Numbered from the stretch's first letter, positions 20,442-30,074 are shown. The stretch is DNA of 64,000 nucleotides from Flavobacteriales bacterium (GCA_020635675.1 JACJZJ010000004.1:271044-335043), one strand, 5' to 3'. The notes: a model not told the origin generated them from the letters alone. Numbers and translations are program-made.

Positions 20442-20663
20442 GACCCACAGTTCGGTGCCCGTCCGATCAAGCACATGATCCAGAAGGAATTGCTGGACGA
20501 GTTCAGCAAGCAGATCATCGCCGGCACGCTTGAAATGGGCAAGTCCCAGGTGATCGATGTGTTCGACGGCAAGATCGTCTTCCGCAAGCCGATCGATGGC
20601 AGGGAGAACGGCGGAACCAGGAAGCGCAACCGGTCCAAGGCCGCGACGGAGGACCGTTCATGA
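20442..20663 (+). pseudogene. orphan duplicated 3' fragment of clpB (encodes the last ~60 aa of ClpB, then diverges to its own stop)
   Basis: Translation [51 protein letters not shown] is near-identical to the ClpB C-terminus. The upstream AAA+ body is absent. Confidence 0.75.
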
Positions 20664-20824
20664 AGTGCCTGGGGTGGGCGGATGTGAGTTTTCCACCGGT
20701 CCGGTCGTGACCGTCAGGGGAACACCGCGATCGTGGGATCGATCGTGAAAAACCCATGCGTCGGGTCACGGCCCACATCGACGAACGGACCTAGCTTGCT
20801 CCCGATCAAGGACAGAAGCGAAAG

Positions 20825-21268
20825 ATGACCCTGCACCACGCATTGGATGAAATGAATTCCACCCTGCGCCGCACCCGTGCGCGTCTCCTCGCCCCGCTCG
20901 ATCTGGGGCAACAGGTGGTACCCGACGACCCGGAGATCTTCGTCGAGGACGTGCTCCTCTACGTGATGGACGAGTGGGGTGCCGACCTGCGCGAACAAGG
21001 GCATGTGCTGGAACAGGACGAGGAGTGGAAGGATGAGGAGAACCATTTCCCGCTGTTCCGCCTGCACCTGAGCGGTGGCCGCACCCTGTTCCTGCATTTC
21101 ACCGGACACTACCCCGAACACCTCCATTTGACCGTCTCCAAGGCGATGCGTCGCATGCACCAGTTCAGCGACGCGGAAATGTTCACGTTCCGTCTGCCGG
21201 TGACCATGGATCCCAACGTCCTGTTGTTCGGGCTGATCGATGGCATGAAGCAGATGGTGATCGCCTGA
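20825..21268 (+). CDS. hypothetical acidic/His-rich protein (147 aa)
   Basis: GC3 is strongly biased, unlike the overlapping antisense ORF. I recognised no domain. Confidence 0.55.
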   Translation: MTLHHALDEMNSTLRRTRARLLAPLDLGQQVVPDDPEIFVEDVLLYVMDEWGADLREQGHVLEQDEEWKDEENHFPLFRLHLSGGRTLFLHFTGHYPEHLHLTVSKAMRRMHQFSDAEMFTFRLPVTMDPNVLLFGLIDGMKQMVIA

Positions 21269-21305
21269 TCCCAGCTGCGCACGCGTATCTTGGCAGTGTA
21301 CCTCG

Positions 21306-21815
21306 ATGCGCATCCTCTATCTCACACGCCACGCGAAATCGAGTTGGGACGATCCGAACGGGACCGACCATGAGCGACCCCTGAACCGTCGGGGGGAGCG
21401 GGATGCGCCGTTCATGGCCGAGGTCTACGAGCGACGCAGCGAACCCCTGGACCTTCTTGTGAGCAGCACCGCGGTGCGCGCCCTATCGACCGCAAGGACC
21501 TTCGCCACAAGGCTTGGCATGCCGGTGTCCGGCATCCAGGAGCGACACGAGATCTATCTGGCGGATCACCGGACACTGTTGCGCCTGGTGAACGGACTCC
21601 CCGATCACGCGCGAAGCGTGATGCTGTTCGGCCATGATCCGGGATTGATCGACCTGGTGAACTACCTCGGTGATACCGACGTTGGCCATATGCCGACATG
21701 TTGCACAGTCCGGCTCGACCTGGATGTGGACCGTTGGGGAGAGGTGAGCATGGCCCTTGGGCATGTGGCCTGGATGGACCACCCGAAACAGCACCCCGAA
21801 CTGCGGACCACCTGA
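21306..21815 (+). CDS. histidine phosphatase family protein (SixA-like phosphohistidine phosphatase)
   Basis: LTRHAKS RHG-motif at the N-terminus, a conserved His (FGHDPG) and the right size (169 aa). Confidence 0.75.
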   Translation: MRILYLTRHAKSSWDDPNGTDHERPLNRRGERDAPFMAEVYERRSEPLDLLVSSTAVRALSTARTFATRLGMPVSGIQERHEIYLADHRTLLRLVNGLPDHARSVMLFGHDPGLIDLVNYLGDTDVGHMPTCCTVRLDLDVDRWGEVSMALGHVAWMDHPKQHPELRTT

Positions 21816-21818
21816 TCC

Positions 21819-23162
21819 CTACCGCAGCCGCAGGCGATAGAGCATCATGTGCTCATCGGATCCAGGCGTGCGATGAAGGAAGTACAGCTGCCCATCCCGC
21901 ACTTTCAATTTCGTTGCGAAACGCTGCGGCACCTCTGTTGGCGCACCTGGCAGACCCGTGGCGACATCCACAGCACGCACGACGTTGCGCCCGTTCCGCG
22001 ACGAAAGCACATATACCCCGCCGCTCATGGCATCCTGCAGGTAATGGACATCCCAACCCCTGGGTTCACAGGCCGCCAGCGGCGCGATACCAAGTCCACG
22101 TCCATCGGATGCGAACCTGCGAAGCAGTCCCGCATCGCGATCGAACACGCACAACGTGTCGTGCACGACGAAAAGCGGAGCCTCCGGGCAATGGAAATAG
22201 ATGTCCGCAGGGAACCCGGTCATGTAGCCGGCAACGACCTCCTTGTCCACGCCCAGTTCCTCGCCAAGACGCATGGCCACGACCTTGTCCGGACCGCTCA
22301 TGTATTTGTACTGGCTCCGGAAAAGGGCCATGGTATGGGCATCCTCCACACTGCAGACCACCTGGCGTTCACCGGTGCGCGGATCCATCAGCAAGTGATC
22401 GAACGCCGGGAAGTCCGGTACGCGATCGTTGCCCACAAGGCGGCCGGAAAGACTATCGGTCCAAGGCAGGACCGCACGGAACAGGGAATCGAGCGGAAAA
22501 GGTCGCACGTCCGGTCCGCCATGTCGATAGCGGACATGGTAGGCGATATCCATCCCCTCCACATGAACGCCACCATCCCGCGCCGGATGCAAACGGACCA
22601 CTTCACCCGGAAGCACGATGGACGCACGGTCCTGCATGCAGGCATCCAGCAGGTGCAGACATACATCACGCAGGGGCTTTCGATCCATATCCTCGACCCT
22701 GGTGACGAAACGAGAATGATCGTACGCGAGCACCCAGATGCCTTCGCGGGTGGGTACATGATCGGCCACGTGCCGGACCACCGGCCGGAACACGATCTCA
22801 GGTCCGGAAGGGCGGACCTGCACGTCCGGTAGTTCGATGACCCGTCTTCGAAGTCGCAACTCGAACACGCCGTCGCCTGGCCGGACCACCGTATCGACAC
22901 CCACATAGCTCACATGCCGGACCACCAGTTCGACCGACCTGTTCCCAGGAATGTCCAACGCGAAACGACCCTCCTCATCCGTGACAGTGCCCTGTTCCCC
23001 GGCGCGGCGGATGATGTGCACCCCCTCCACTCCATGCCCACTCTCCTTATCAAGGACGATGCCTGGCAGCAACGTTCCCTGCGCCAGGAGCGTCATGTCC
23101 ATGGGGAAGGCCATGATGGCCGCCAGTGCGATGTACCTTGCTTGATGGTGCATATGCCACAT
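21819..23162 (-). CDS. hypothetical secreted protein with N-terminal carboxypeptidase-regulatory-like domain
   Basis: Signal peptide, then GIVLDKESGHGVEGVHI...TDEEGRFAL. The remainder has no recognisable domain. The antisense track ORF has junk composition. Confidence 0.6.
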   Translation of the reverse strand: MWHMHHQARYIALAAIMAFPMDMTLLAQGTLLPGIVLDKESGHGVEGVHIIRRAGEQGTVTDEEGRFALDIPGNRSVELVVRHVSYVGVDTVVRPGDGVFELRLRRRVIELPDVQVRPSGPEIVFRPVVRHVADHVPTREGIWVLAYDHSRFVTRVEDMDRKPLRDVCLHLLDACMQDRASIVLPGEVVRLHPARDGGVHVEGMDIAYHVRYRHGGPDVRPFPLDSLFRAVLPWTDSLSGRLVGNDRVPDFPAFDHLLMDPRTGERQVVCSVEDAHTMALFRSQYKYMSGPDKVVAMRLGEELGVDKEVVAGYMTGFPADIYFHCPEAPLFVVHDTLCVFDRDAGLLRRFASDGRGLGIAPLAACEPRGWDVHYLQDAMSGGVYVLSSRNGRNVVRAVDVATGLPGAPTEVPQRFATKLKVRDGQLYFLHRTPGSDEHMMLYRLRLR

Positions 23163-23227
23163 AGAAGATACGCGTCACCGGCCGATCGCATACGCTCGGT
23201 CGGGTATGGTTCGTTGGTGGCCTATAC

Positions 23228-23725
23228 ATGTCCGAAATGTCACGCGCGCTGACCCATGATCATTACAAGGTGTTGGGTGTCGGTCGCGAGGCCACACCGG
23301 CACAGATCCGCGCGGCATTCCTGCGCAGGGCCAAACAATGGCATCCCGACAGGAACCCATCCCCACGTGCCACCGAGGCCTTCCAACTCCTCAACCGCGC
23401 TTATGCCACGTTACGGGATCCGGACGCTCGATCTCGGTTCGACAGGCAGTTGGACCTTTGCCGACCATCACGGCCGATGTACGGCCACCCCCGGGACATC
23501 GCGGCACGCATGCGTTCGCGTGCGTCGTTCGGAACACGGGAGGAGGGTCATCGGCATTGGGCCTATGTCGGATTGCACCTCACGGGGATCCTTTTCAGTA
23601 CGGTGCTTTTCACCGGAACGGTCACGGGCATCGCATTGAACGGATGGCCCGCCTATCTGCTCGTTTTCAGTCTGCCCGGACTGACGGTGGTGCCTGAGAG
23701 TTGGAACGCGATCCGGTCCAAATAG
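23228..23725 (+). CDS. J-domain (DnaJ-like) membrane protein
   Basis: HYKVLGV...AFLRRAKQWHPDRN carries the HPD motif. Two C-terminal TM helices. Confidence 0.75.
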   Translation: MSEMSRALTHDHYKVLGVGREATPAQIRAAFLRRAKQWHPDRNPSPRATEAFQLLNRAYATLRDPDARSRFDRQLDLCRPSRPMYGHPRDIAARMRSRASFGTREEGHRHWAYVGLHLTGILFSTVLFTGTVTGIALNGWPAYLLVFSLPGLTVVPESWNAIRSK

Positions 23726-23726
23726 A

Positions 23727-23750
23727 AAAGCCGGGAGGACCCGGCCTTCC
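23727..23750. terminator. hairpin AAGCCGGG-AGGA-CCCGGCTT between convergent J-domain gene and ilvE (U-rich on the minus-strand side)
   Basis: Perfect 8-bp stem followed on the minus strand by TTCTATTT. Confidence 0.5.
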
Positions 23751-23770
23751 TTACATGTATGCCGAACGGT

Positions 23771-24844
23771 TCAGTCGCGGACGTTCACGAGCCAGTTGAA
23801 CGGATCCCCGGCGCGACCGCGTCGGATGTCGTCCAGCACCTTGCCTACGCGTAACGCCACCTCCTGTTGCTCCATCGGAGGAAGGTCGAACTCCTCATCA
23901 CCCACGGTGATGCTCTTTATGGGAGCGATGGTCGCCGCGGTCCCGGCTCCGAAAGCCTCCAGCAACGTGCCTGCGCGCAGAGCGTCGACCACCTCCGCCA
24001 CACCGACCTTGCGCTCCTCCATGGGTATGTTCTCAGCACGTGCGATCTGGACGATGCTGTCGCGGGTGATGCCCTCGAGGATCGTTCCGGACGTGGCCGG
24101 CGTAACAAGCGTGCCGCCGATATTGAAGAAGATGTTCATCGTACCGCTCTCCTCGATGAACTTATGCTCCATGCCATCGGTCCAAAGAAGCTGGTGATAA
24201 CCGGCGTCCTGGGCCAGCTTGGCAGGATACAGGGCCGCGGCATAATTGCCTGCGCACTTGGTGGCACCCGTGCCACCTGGAAATGCGCGGCTGTAGTACT
24301 GTTCCATCCGCACACGCACGGCCTCCTTGTAGTAGCCGCGTACCGGGCAGGTGAAGATGATGAACTTGTAGTTGTCCGAAGGTTTGACGCCGATATACTC
24401 GTCCGATGCGAACAGGAACGGGCGGATGTAAAGTGAGGCATCCTCGCCCCCGGGTATCCAATCCTTGTCCACGCGCACCAGTTCGACCAGCGCGTCCAAA
24501 AAAACATCCTCCGGGATCTCCGGCATGCACATGCGCAGGGCGCTCCGGTTCATGCGTGCGATGTTCGCCCTGGGGCGGAAGATGTTCACCGTGCCATCGT
24601 TCGCGCGGTACGCCTTGAGTCCTTCGAATATGGATTGGCCGTAGTGCAATACGAGCGCGGCAGGGCTCAGCTCCAGGTCCGCGAACGGAACGATGGCGGG
24701 GTCCTTCCAGGCTCCATCCTCAAAGTCCATCATCACCATGTGGTCACTGAACACCCTCCCGAACTTCACGTTCTCCAGGTCGGTCCCTGGCAATCGGGAA
24801 TTCGCGGTACGTTGTATCGCTATCTTTTGGCCGGCAGTGATCAT
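23771..24844 (-). CDS. ilvE: branched-chain-amino-acid aminotransferase (class IV)
   Basis: Long-form IlvE signatures (FSDHMV, YGQSIFEGLKAY, GTGATK) at 358 aa. The start is the internal ATG MITAGQ; the track ORF extends 55 aa upstream. Confidence 0.88.
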   Translation of the reverse strand: MITAGQKIAIQRTANSRLPGTDLENVKFGRVFSDHMVMMDFEDGAWKDPAIVPFADLELSPAALVLHYGQSIFEGLKAYRANDGTVNIFRPRANIARMNRSALRMCMPEIPEDVFLDALVELVRVDKDWIPGGEDASLYIRPFLFASDEYIGVKPSDNYKFIIFTCPVRGYYKEAVRVRMEQYYSRAFPGGTGATKCAGNYAAALYPAKLAQDAGYHQLLWTDGMEHKFIEESGTMNIFFNIGGTLVTPATSGTILEGITRDSIVQIARAENIPMEERKVGVAEVVDALRAGTLLEAFGAGTAATIAPIKSITVGDEEFDLPPMEQQEVALRVGKVLDDIRRGRAGDPFNWLVNVRD

Positions 24845-24948
24845 GCGTGGGGAAGGGAATGGATGCGTCCAAAGGTAACCAAACCGATCTCCGTGGATCC
24901 CCCGCCAAGGCCGACCGGTCGCGGGGTACCGACCGATCGAGAACCTCG

Positions 24949-26730
24949 ATGGTGAACGACATCCACCACCTGCTGCGGACCCATTGGGGGTATGCTTCGT
25001 TCCGGCCATTGCAGGAGCCCATCATCCGCGACGTGCTCGCTGGGAAGGATACGCTGGCCCTGCTGCCGACGGGAGGCGGCAAGAGCCTCTGCTTCCAAGT
25101 GCCGGCGGTGGCATTGGGCGGTACGACCATCGTGATCAGTCCCCTGATCGCCCTGATGCATGATCAGGTGATGCATGCCCGCGCCCGCGGCATCACGGCA
25201 GCGGCGCTGACCTCGGCGATGACACCCCGTGAGATCGACAACGTGCTCGAGGATGCTGCACAGGGACGCTTCAAACTGTTCTACATCGCACCGGAGCGTA
25301 TCGGCACGGAACTGTTCCAGGCCCGTGCACGCCGGATCCCCGTCGAACTGATCGTGGTGGACGAGGCACACTGCATTTCACAATGGGGGTACGATTTCCG
25401 TCCCGCATATCAACGCATCGCGGATCTGAGGCCCCTGTATCCCAAGGCTCCCGTACTTGCGCTTACCGCGACAGCGACGGCCGATGTGGTGGCCGATATC
25501 CAGGACCGCCTGGCCTTTCGGGGACCGAACGTCCGCCGCGGTCCGTTCCATCGCCCCGAGTTGACCTTCTGGGTCGCCCGGGGGGAGGACAAGCATGGTC
25601 GTTTACTGCGTATCGCGACGCACACCGAAGGTTCCGGGATCATCTATGTGCGCGAGCGACGCATGGCCCATCGCATGGCCGGTCTCCTTGAGCAACATGG
25701 TGTTCCTACAGGGGCCTACCATGCCGGACTTTCCCACGAGGAACGTGACCATGTCCAGGCGGAATGGATGAGCGGCAGGCTGCGCTGGATCGCGGCAACG
25801 AACGCGTTCGGCATGGGGATCGACAAGGGCGACGTTCGGGTCGTCGTTCATCTGGCTCCACCCCCCGATCCGGAGAGCTACTACCAGGAAGCCGGACGGG
25901 CAGGACGGGACGGGCGCGATGCGCACGCGATCCTGCTCGTGGACGCGCGGGATGCCGACCAACTGCGCAAGCGCGTCCAGGAATCGTTCCCCACACTTGC
26001 CCAGGTGCGTCGGGTGTACCAGGGGTTCGCCGACATGCACCACATCGCCATCGGCGCGGGCCGGATGGAGTCCTATCCGTTGGACGTTCGCGCGCTGGCC
26101 GACCGCACCGGGGAGCGCCCGGCGATGGTCATGAACGCACTCAAGGCACTGGAACTGGACGGGACCATCGCATTGTCCGAGGGCGCCCGGTCGCCGTCGC
26201 GCATACGGATAATCGCACCCCCATCAACGGTGCATGCGATACGACTGCAGGACGCGCGGAAAGGGTCGCTGCTGGAAGCACTCCTCCGACTGTACGGAGG
26301 TCTGTACGAGGAACCGACCATCGTGGAGGAGGAAAGGATCGCACGTGTTCTGGGAAAGCCGTTGGCGCAGGTACGATCGCTTCTCAAGGAGTTGCACGCA
26401 CAGGACGTGATCGATCATCGCCCGCGCAATGATTCGCCCCTCGTGACCCTTTTCGTGCCCCGCCGTGATGCAGCGATCATGATGCTCGACCGCAATGCCC
26501 TGTCCGATCGAAGAGCACGTGCGTCCTACCGTGCGGAGGCCATGATCGCCTATTTCGACCCTGACGCCCCATGTCGCGAGCAGCAACTGCTCGCCTACTT
26601 CGGTGGATCCGATCCGACTCCGTGCGGTCGCTGCGATCGCTGCCGCCAGCGGGCACGTGCGAGCGGCCCGGGACCACTGGATACATCGGACCTTGCAGAA
26701 AGACGGTGGGCGATCGATCAGGGAAGCTGA
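24949..26730 (+). CDS. recQ: RecQ-family ATP-dependent DNA helicase
   Basis: Helicase motifs LPTGGGKSLCFQ, DEAH and TNAFGMGIDK, plus the RecQ-C zinc motif CGRCDRC. Confidence 0.88.
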   Translation: MVNDIHHLLRTHWGYASFRPLQEPIIRDVLAGKDTLALLPTGGGKSLCFQVPAVALGGTTIVISPLIALMHDQVMHARARGITAAALTSAMTPREIDNVLEDAAQGRFKLFYIAPERIGTELFQARARRIPVELIVVDEAHCISQWGYDFRPAYQRIADLRPLYPKAPVLALTATATADVVADIQDRLAFRGPNVRRGPFHRPELTFWVARGEDKHGRLLRIATHTEGSGIIYVRERRMAHRMAGLLEQHGVPTGAYHAGLSHEERDHVQAEWMSGRLRWIAATNAFGMGIDKGDVRVVVHLAPPPDPESYYQEAGRAGRDGRDAHAILLVDARDADQLRKRVQESFPTLAQVRRVYQGFADMHHIAIGAGRMESYPLDVRALADRTGERPAMVMNALKALELDGTIALSEGARSPSRIRIIAPPSTVHAIRLQDARKGSLLEALLRLYGGLYEEPTIVEEERIARVLGKPLAQVRSLLKELHAQDVIDHRPRNDSPLVTLFVPRRDAAIMMLDRNALSDRRARASYRAEAMIAYFDPDAPCREQQLLAYFGGSDPTPCGRCDRCRQRARASGPGPLDTSDLAERRWAIDQGS

Positions 26731-26753
26731 GCCCGTCCGGATGGGATACATGG

Positions 26754-27341
26754 ATGAAGCTTGACCGGTCATACTATGAACGGGACGACGTGGTCGGGAT
26801 CGCCCGTGACCTGCTGGGCAAGGTGCTGCACTCTTCGCTGGGAGGCATGCACACGTCGGGCATCATCACTGAAACGGAAGCGTACGCCGGGACCATGGAC
26901 CGGGCGTCGCATGCGTTCGGCGGTCGGCGGACACCAAGGACCGAAGTGATGTTCGGACGGGGAGGAACGGCATACGTCTATCTCTGCTATGGCATACACC
27001 ACCTGTTCAATGTCGTAACCAACGTGGCAGGTGTTCCGCACGCGGTGCTGGTCCGGGGCATTGCCCCGATGGAGGGAACGGAAGTAATGCGACAGCTGCG
27101 TGGACCGGCCCGCCCCCTCACCACGAACGGCCCGGGGACCTGCGCACAAGCGCTCGGCATCAGCACGAAGCACACCGGATGCGACCTGACAGCGGATGTC
27201 ATTTGGATCTCCGACGAACGGATCCACGTGCCGGACGATGCAGTGCGCATCGGCCCGCGGATCGGTGTCGAATATGCAGGTAGCGATGCAAAGCGGCCGT
27301 ATCGTTTCCTTCTAACCGACAAGCGCGTACTTCGCGGTTGA
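26754..27341 (+). CDS. mpg: DNA-3-methyladenine glycosylase (Mpg/AAG family)
   Basis: ITETEAYAG...ASHAFGGRRT...YVYLCYGIHHLFNVV matches Mpg signatures. The start is the internal ATG MKLDRSYY. Confidence 0.85.
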   Translation: MKLDRSYYERDDVVGIARDLLGKVLHSSLGGMHTSGIITETEAYAGTMDRASHAFGGRRTPRTEVMFGRGGTAYVYLCYGIHHLFNVVTNVAGVPHAVLVRGIAPMEGTEVMRQLRGPARPLTTNGPGTCAQALGISTKHTGCDLTADVIWISDERIHVPDDAVRIGPRIGVEYAGSDAKRPYRFLLTDKRVLRG

Positions 27342-27342
27342 A

Positions 27343-28287
27343 ATGGAACTTCCGCGCATCGTTTTCATGGGAACGCCGGAATTCGCCGTCGCCTCGCTGG
27401 AAGCCCTATACGCACGCGGCATACCGATCGCCGCCGTGATCACCGCCCCTGACCGTCCGGCCGGACGCGGGTTGAAGCTTCGGCAGAGCGCGGTCAAACT
27501 GCGCGCCGAAGGTCTGGGGCTCCCCGTCCTCCAACCGGAGAAGCTCCGTTCACCCGACCTGCTCGATGCGTTGGACAGGACAAGGGCCGACCTCTATGTG
27601 GTGGTCGCGTTCCGCATGCTGCCTGAAGTGGTATGGTGCCGTCCGCCCCTGGGTACCATCAACCTCCACGCATCCCTTTTGCCCGACTACAGGGGTGCCG
27701 CACCGATCAACTGGGCGATCATCAATGGAGAAAAGCGTACCGGAGTAACGACGTTCGAACTGGCACACGCGATCGACACGGGCGACCTGCTCCTGCAACG
27801 GGACGTTCCCATCGGTCCGGACGAGACGGCCGGTGAACTGCATGACCGCTTGATGTCCGTTGGTGCGGACCTCCTGGTCCGGACGGTGGAGGGCATCGCC
27901 GGCGGCACTCTGGAACCTGTTCCGCAGGACGACCGGGACATCGGTCGCTTGCATCAGGCACCAAAGCTCGACGCTTCGACCTGTCGTATCGATCCGTCCG
28001 CTGGCGCACAACATGTGCACGACCTGGTACGCGGCTGTAGTCCTTTCCCGAGCGCCTGGGCGGAACTTGTCGATGAGGATGGTAGGACGTCGATCTTCAA
28101 GATACTTCGGACACGGTTGGTGGACGTGAGCGGTGTCCCAGGGACGGTCGACCTCAGGGATGGAAGACCGGTGATGCACTGCGGAGACCGTTCCGTGGAA
28201 CTCCTGGAGGTACGTCCGGAAGGGCGGCATCAGATGACCGGTCATGCTTTCGTATTGGGACAGCGAAGGTCCTTCCGGTTCCGTTGA
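27343..28287 (+). CDS. fmt: methionyl-tRNA formyltransferase
   Basis: RIVFMGTPEFAV at the N-terminus, the formyl-transferase core and the SLLP..RG motif. Confidence 0.9.
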   Translation: MELPRIVFMGTPEFAVASLEALYARGIPIAAVITAPDRPAGRGLKLRQSAVKLRAEGLGLPVLQPEKLRSPDLLDALDRTRADLYVVVAFRMLPEVVWCRPPLGTINLHASLLPDYRGAAPINWAIINGEKRTGVTTFELAHAIDTGDLLLQRDVPIGPDETAGELHDRLMSVGADLLVRTVEGIAGGTLEPVPQDDRDIGRLHQAPKLDASTCRIDPSAGAQHVHDLVRGCSPFPSAWAELVDEDGRTSIFKILRTRLVDVSGVPGTVDLRDGRPVMHCGDRSVELLEVRPEGRHQMTGHAFVLGQRRSFRFR

Positions 28288-28442
28288 CGCCCCTCACGCA
28301 CCCTTGGGAACCGTTGGACCAACGGCACGCGGGATCGTCCAGGGCGCGTTTCCGGAAACCCTTGCTGGGGGCGGGATACAGGCCGAGTTATGAACAAACC
28401 CCCTGTTTTTTCAACATTTTCCGGCCATCCGCCCGGAAACCC

Positions 28443-28472
28443 TTGACAGACGCGGCACCGGGAATACATTTG
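28443..28472 (+). promoter_or_regulatory. Bacteroidota sigma-A type promoter upstream of hup: TTG(ACA) -33 element and TACATTTG (-7, TAnnTTTG) 19 nt apart
   Basis: Motif read directly from the sequence. It lies 44-50 nt upstream of the hup ATG. Confidence 0.5.
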
Positions 28473-28521
28473 CTCCCGAGTTCACTCAACCTCAACAACC
28501 AAAAATCGAACGAAAATGGGC

Positions 28522-28794
28522 ATGAACAAAGCAGAACTGATCGAGTCGATCGCCGCTGAAGCCAAGATCTCCAAGGCCGATGCCAAGCGCGCCCTCGACG
28601 CCTTCGTGAACAACACCACCAAGGCCCTGAAGAAGGGTGAGCGCGTGGCGCTCGTCGGCTTCGGCACGTTCTCCATCTCCAAGCGTGCAGCCCGCAAAGG
28701 CCGCAACCCGCAAACGGGCAAGGAGATCAAGATCGCGGCCAAGAAGGTCGTGAAGTTCAAGGCCGGTGCCGACCTCGCCAACAAGGTGAAGTAA
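28522..28794 (+). CDS. hup: HU-family nucleoid DNA-binding protein
   Basis: [11 protein letters not shown]...[10 protein letters not shown]...[12 protein letters not shown] matches HU signatures. Confidence 0.92.
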   Translation: MNKAELIESIAAEAKISKADAKRALDAFVNNTTKALKKGERVALVGFGTFSISKRAARKGRNPQTGKEIKIAAKKVVKFKAGADLANKVK

Positions 28795-28817
28795 GCATCC
28801 CCAACAACTCGATCGGA

Positions 28818-28850
28818 AAGGTCCCTCTTCGCGAGGGACCTTTTCTTTTG
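28818..28850 (+). terminator. rho-independent terminator after hup (AAGGTCCCTC-TTCG-CGAGGGACCTT + TTTCTTTT)
   Basis: 10-bp stem with a U-tract. Confidence 0.75.
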
Positions 28851-28867
28851 CACCATAGCTCACGCCG

Positions 28868-29557
28868 ATGGACGATCACGAACTGTACGAGCGCCTCGCT
28901 GCGTTCATCACCCCGCACCGTCGGTCGCTTTTCGATCGATCGGCACCATTGCGCACGCGACATGTCACAGTAGTGCTCGAGGACATCCATCAGTCGCAGA
29001 ACGCAAGCGCCGTGGTGCGCACCGCTGACCTGCTCGGGATACAGGAGTTGCATGTCATCGAATCGCGGAACCGGTTCACCATGAATCCCGATGTATCGCT
29101 TGGCGCGAACAAGTGGATCGACCTGATGCGCTATCGGGACGCTGCCGATCCCGTTGGCGACTGCATCGACCACCTGCATGCGGAAGGCTACCGGATCGTG
29201 GTCACCTTGCCGAACGAACATGGTCATACACCTGACGACATCCCGATCGACCGCCCCCTCGCCTTCTGTTTCGGCACGGAGCTGCACGGCCTGAGCCCCG
29301 CATTGATCGAGCGCGCTGACATGTCACTGCGCATCCCGATGTATGGGTTCACGGAGAGCTACAACATCTCCGTGTCCGCCGCGATCATCTTGTACACCGT
29401 GATGCAACGCATCCATCGTTCCGGCCAACAGGTCGCGCTCGGTGCGCATGAACAGCTCGCATTGAAGTTGCGCTGGGTGCGCGCATCGCTCCGTGATGCG
29501 GAACGCATCGAACGTCGTCTGCGCGACGATGCATGTGATGATCGTACACACACTTGA
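28868..29557 (+). CDS. SpoU/TrmH-family RNA 2'-O-methyltransferase (TrmH-like)
   Basis: NASAVVRTADLLGI, GTELHGLS and a SPOUT C-terminus. Confidence 0.8.
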   Translation: MDDHELYERLAAFITPHRRSLFDRSAPLRTRHVTVVLEDIHQSQNASAVVRTADLLGIQELHVIESRNRFTMNPDVSLGANKWIDLMRYRDAADPVGDCIDHLHAEGYRIVVTLPNEHGHTPDDIPIDRPLAFCFGTELHGLSPALIERADMSLRIPMYGFTESYNISVSAAIILYTVMQRIHRSGQQVALGAHEQLALKLRWVRASLRDAERIERRLRDDACDDRTHT

Positions 29558-29762
29558 ACGCACATCCTCCATGACCTCACCGCGGCCGCATCTATGCTGT
29601 GCCGCACAAGCAGGACATCGTACATCGCCTACTCTGCGCGGCATTCGCGAGCAACACATCACGCGGAGCCGCATCGATCCAGCGAAAGCGCATGGTCGTT
29701 CTCAACAGAGATCCGTTGACAATTGCAACCTCCGATAAGAGGTTCGCGTAACACCTCCCGGA

Positions 29763-29770
29763 TACTTTTG
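29763..29770 (+). promoter_or_regulatory. TACTTTTG (TAnnTTTG -7 motif) 26 nt upstream of the H1-like gene start
   Basis: The motif is present in the sequence. The -33 element is weak (TTCG). Confidence 0.35.
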
Positions 29771-29795
29771 GGTCGAACCCTTAACACTCCATCAA

Positions 29796-30074
29796 ATGGG
29801 AAAAGGTGACATGAAGTCGAAAAAAGGCAAGCGCACCGCCGGCAGCCGTGGCAAGAGCCGCCCTGCCAAGCGCAAGTCGAGGGTAGCCGCCGCCAAGAAG
29901 GCGACCGCCAAGAAGAAGGCCGCGCCGAAGAAGAAGGCAGCCGCCAAGAAGAAGGCCGCGCCGAAGAAGAAGGCAGCCGCCAAGAAGGCCGCACCGAGGA
30001 AGAAGGCAGCCGCCAAGAAGGCCGCGCCGAAGAAGAAGGCAGCCGCCAAGAAGAAGACCGCCAAGAAGAAGTAA
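29796..30074 (+). CDS. histone H1-like Lys/Ala-rich basic DNA-binding protein
   Basis: 92 aa that is almost entirely a K/A/P repeat, (AAKKKAAPKKK)n. An underlying 36-nt DNA tandem repeat runs about 29893..30055. Its own TAnnTTTG motif and a strong terminator suggest it is a real gene. Confidence 0.7.
   Translation: MGKGDMKSKKGKRTAGSRGKSRPAKRKSRVAAAKKATAKKKAAPKKKAAAKKKAAPKKKAAAKKAAPRKKAAAKKAAPKKKAAAKKKTAKKK

Noticed and set aside
20714-21313. 199-aa minus-strand ORF overlapping the 147-aa plus ORF
   Set aside because: The plus-strand frame has strong G/C at third positions, and the minus frame does not. The minus translation is H/Q/V-rich with no signal.
21849-22832. 327-aa plus-strand ORF
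   Set aside because: Antisense to the CarbopepD_reg protein gene, which has a signal peptide and a recognisable domain. Its composition is junk.
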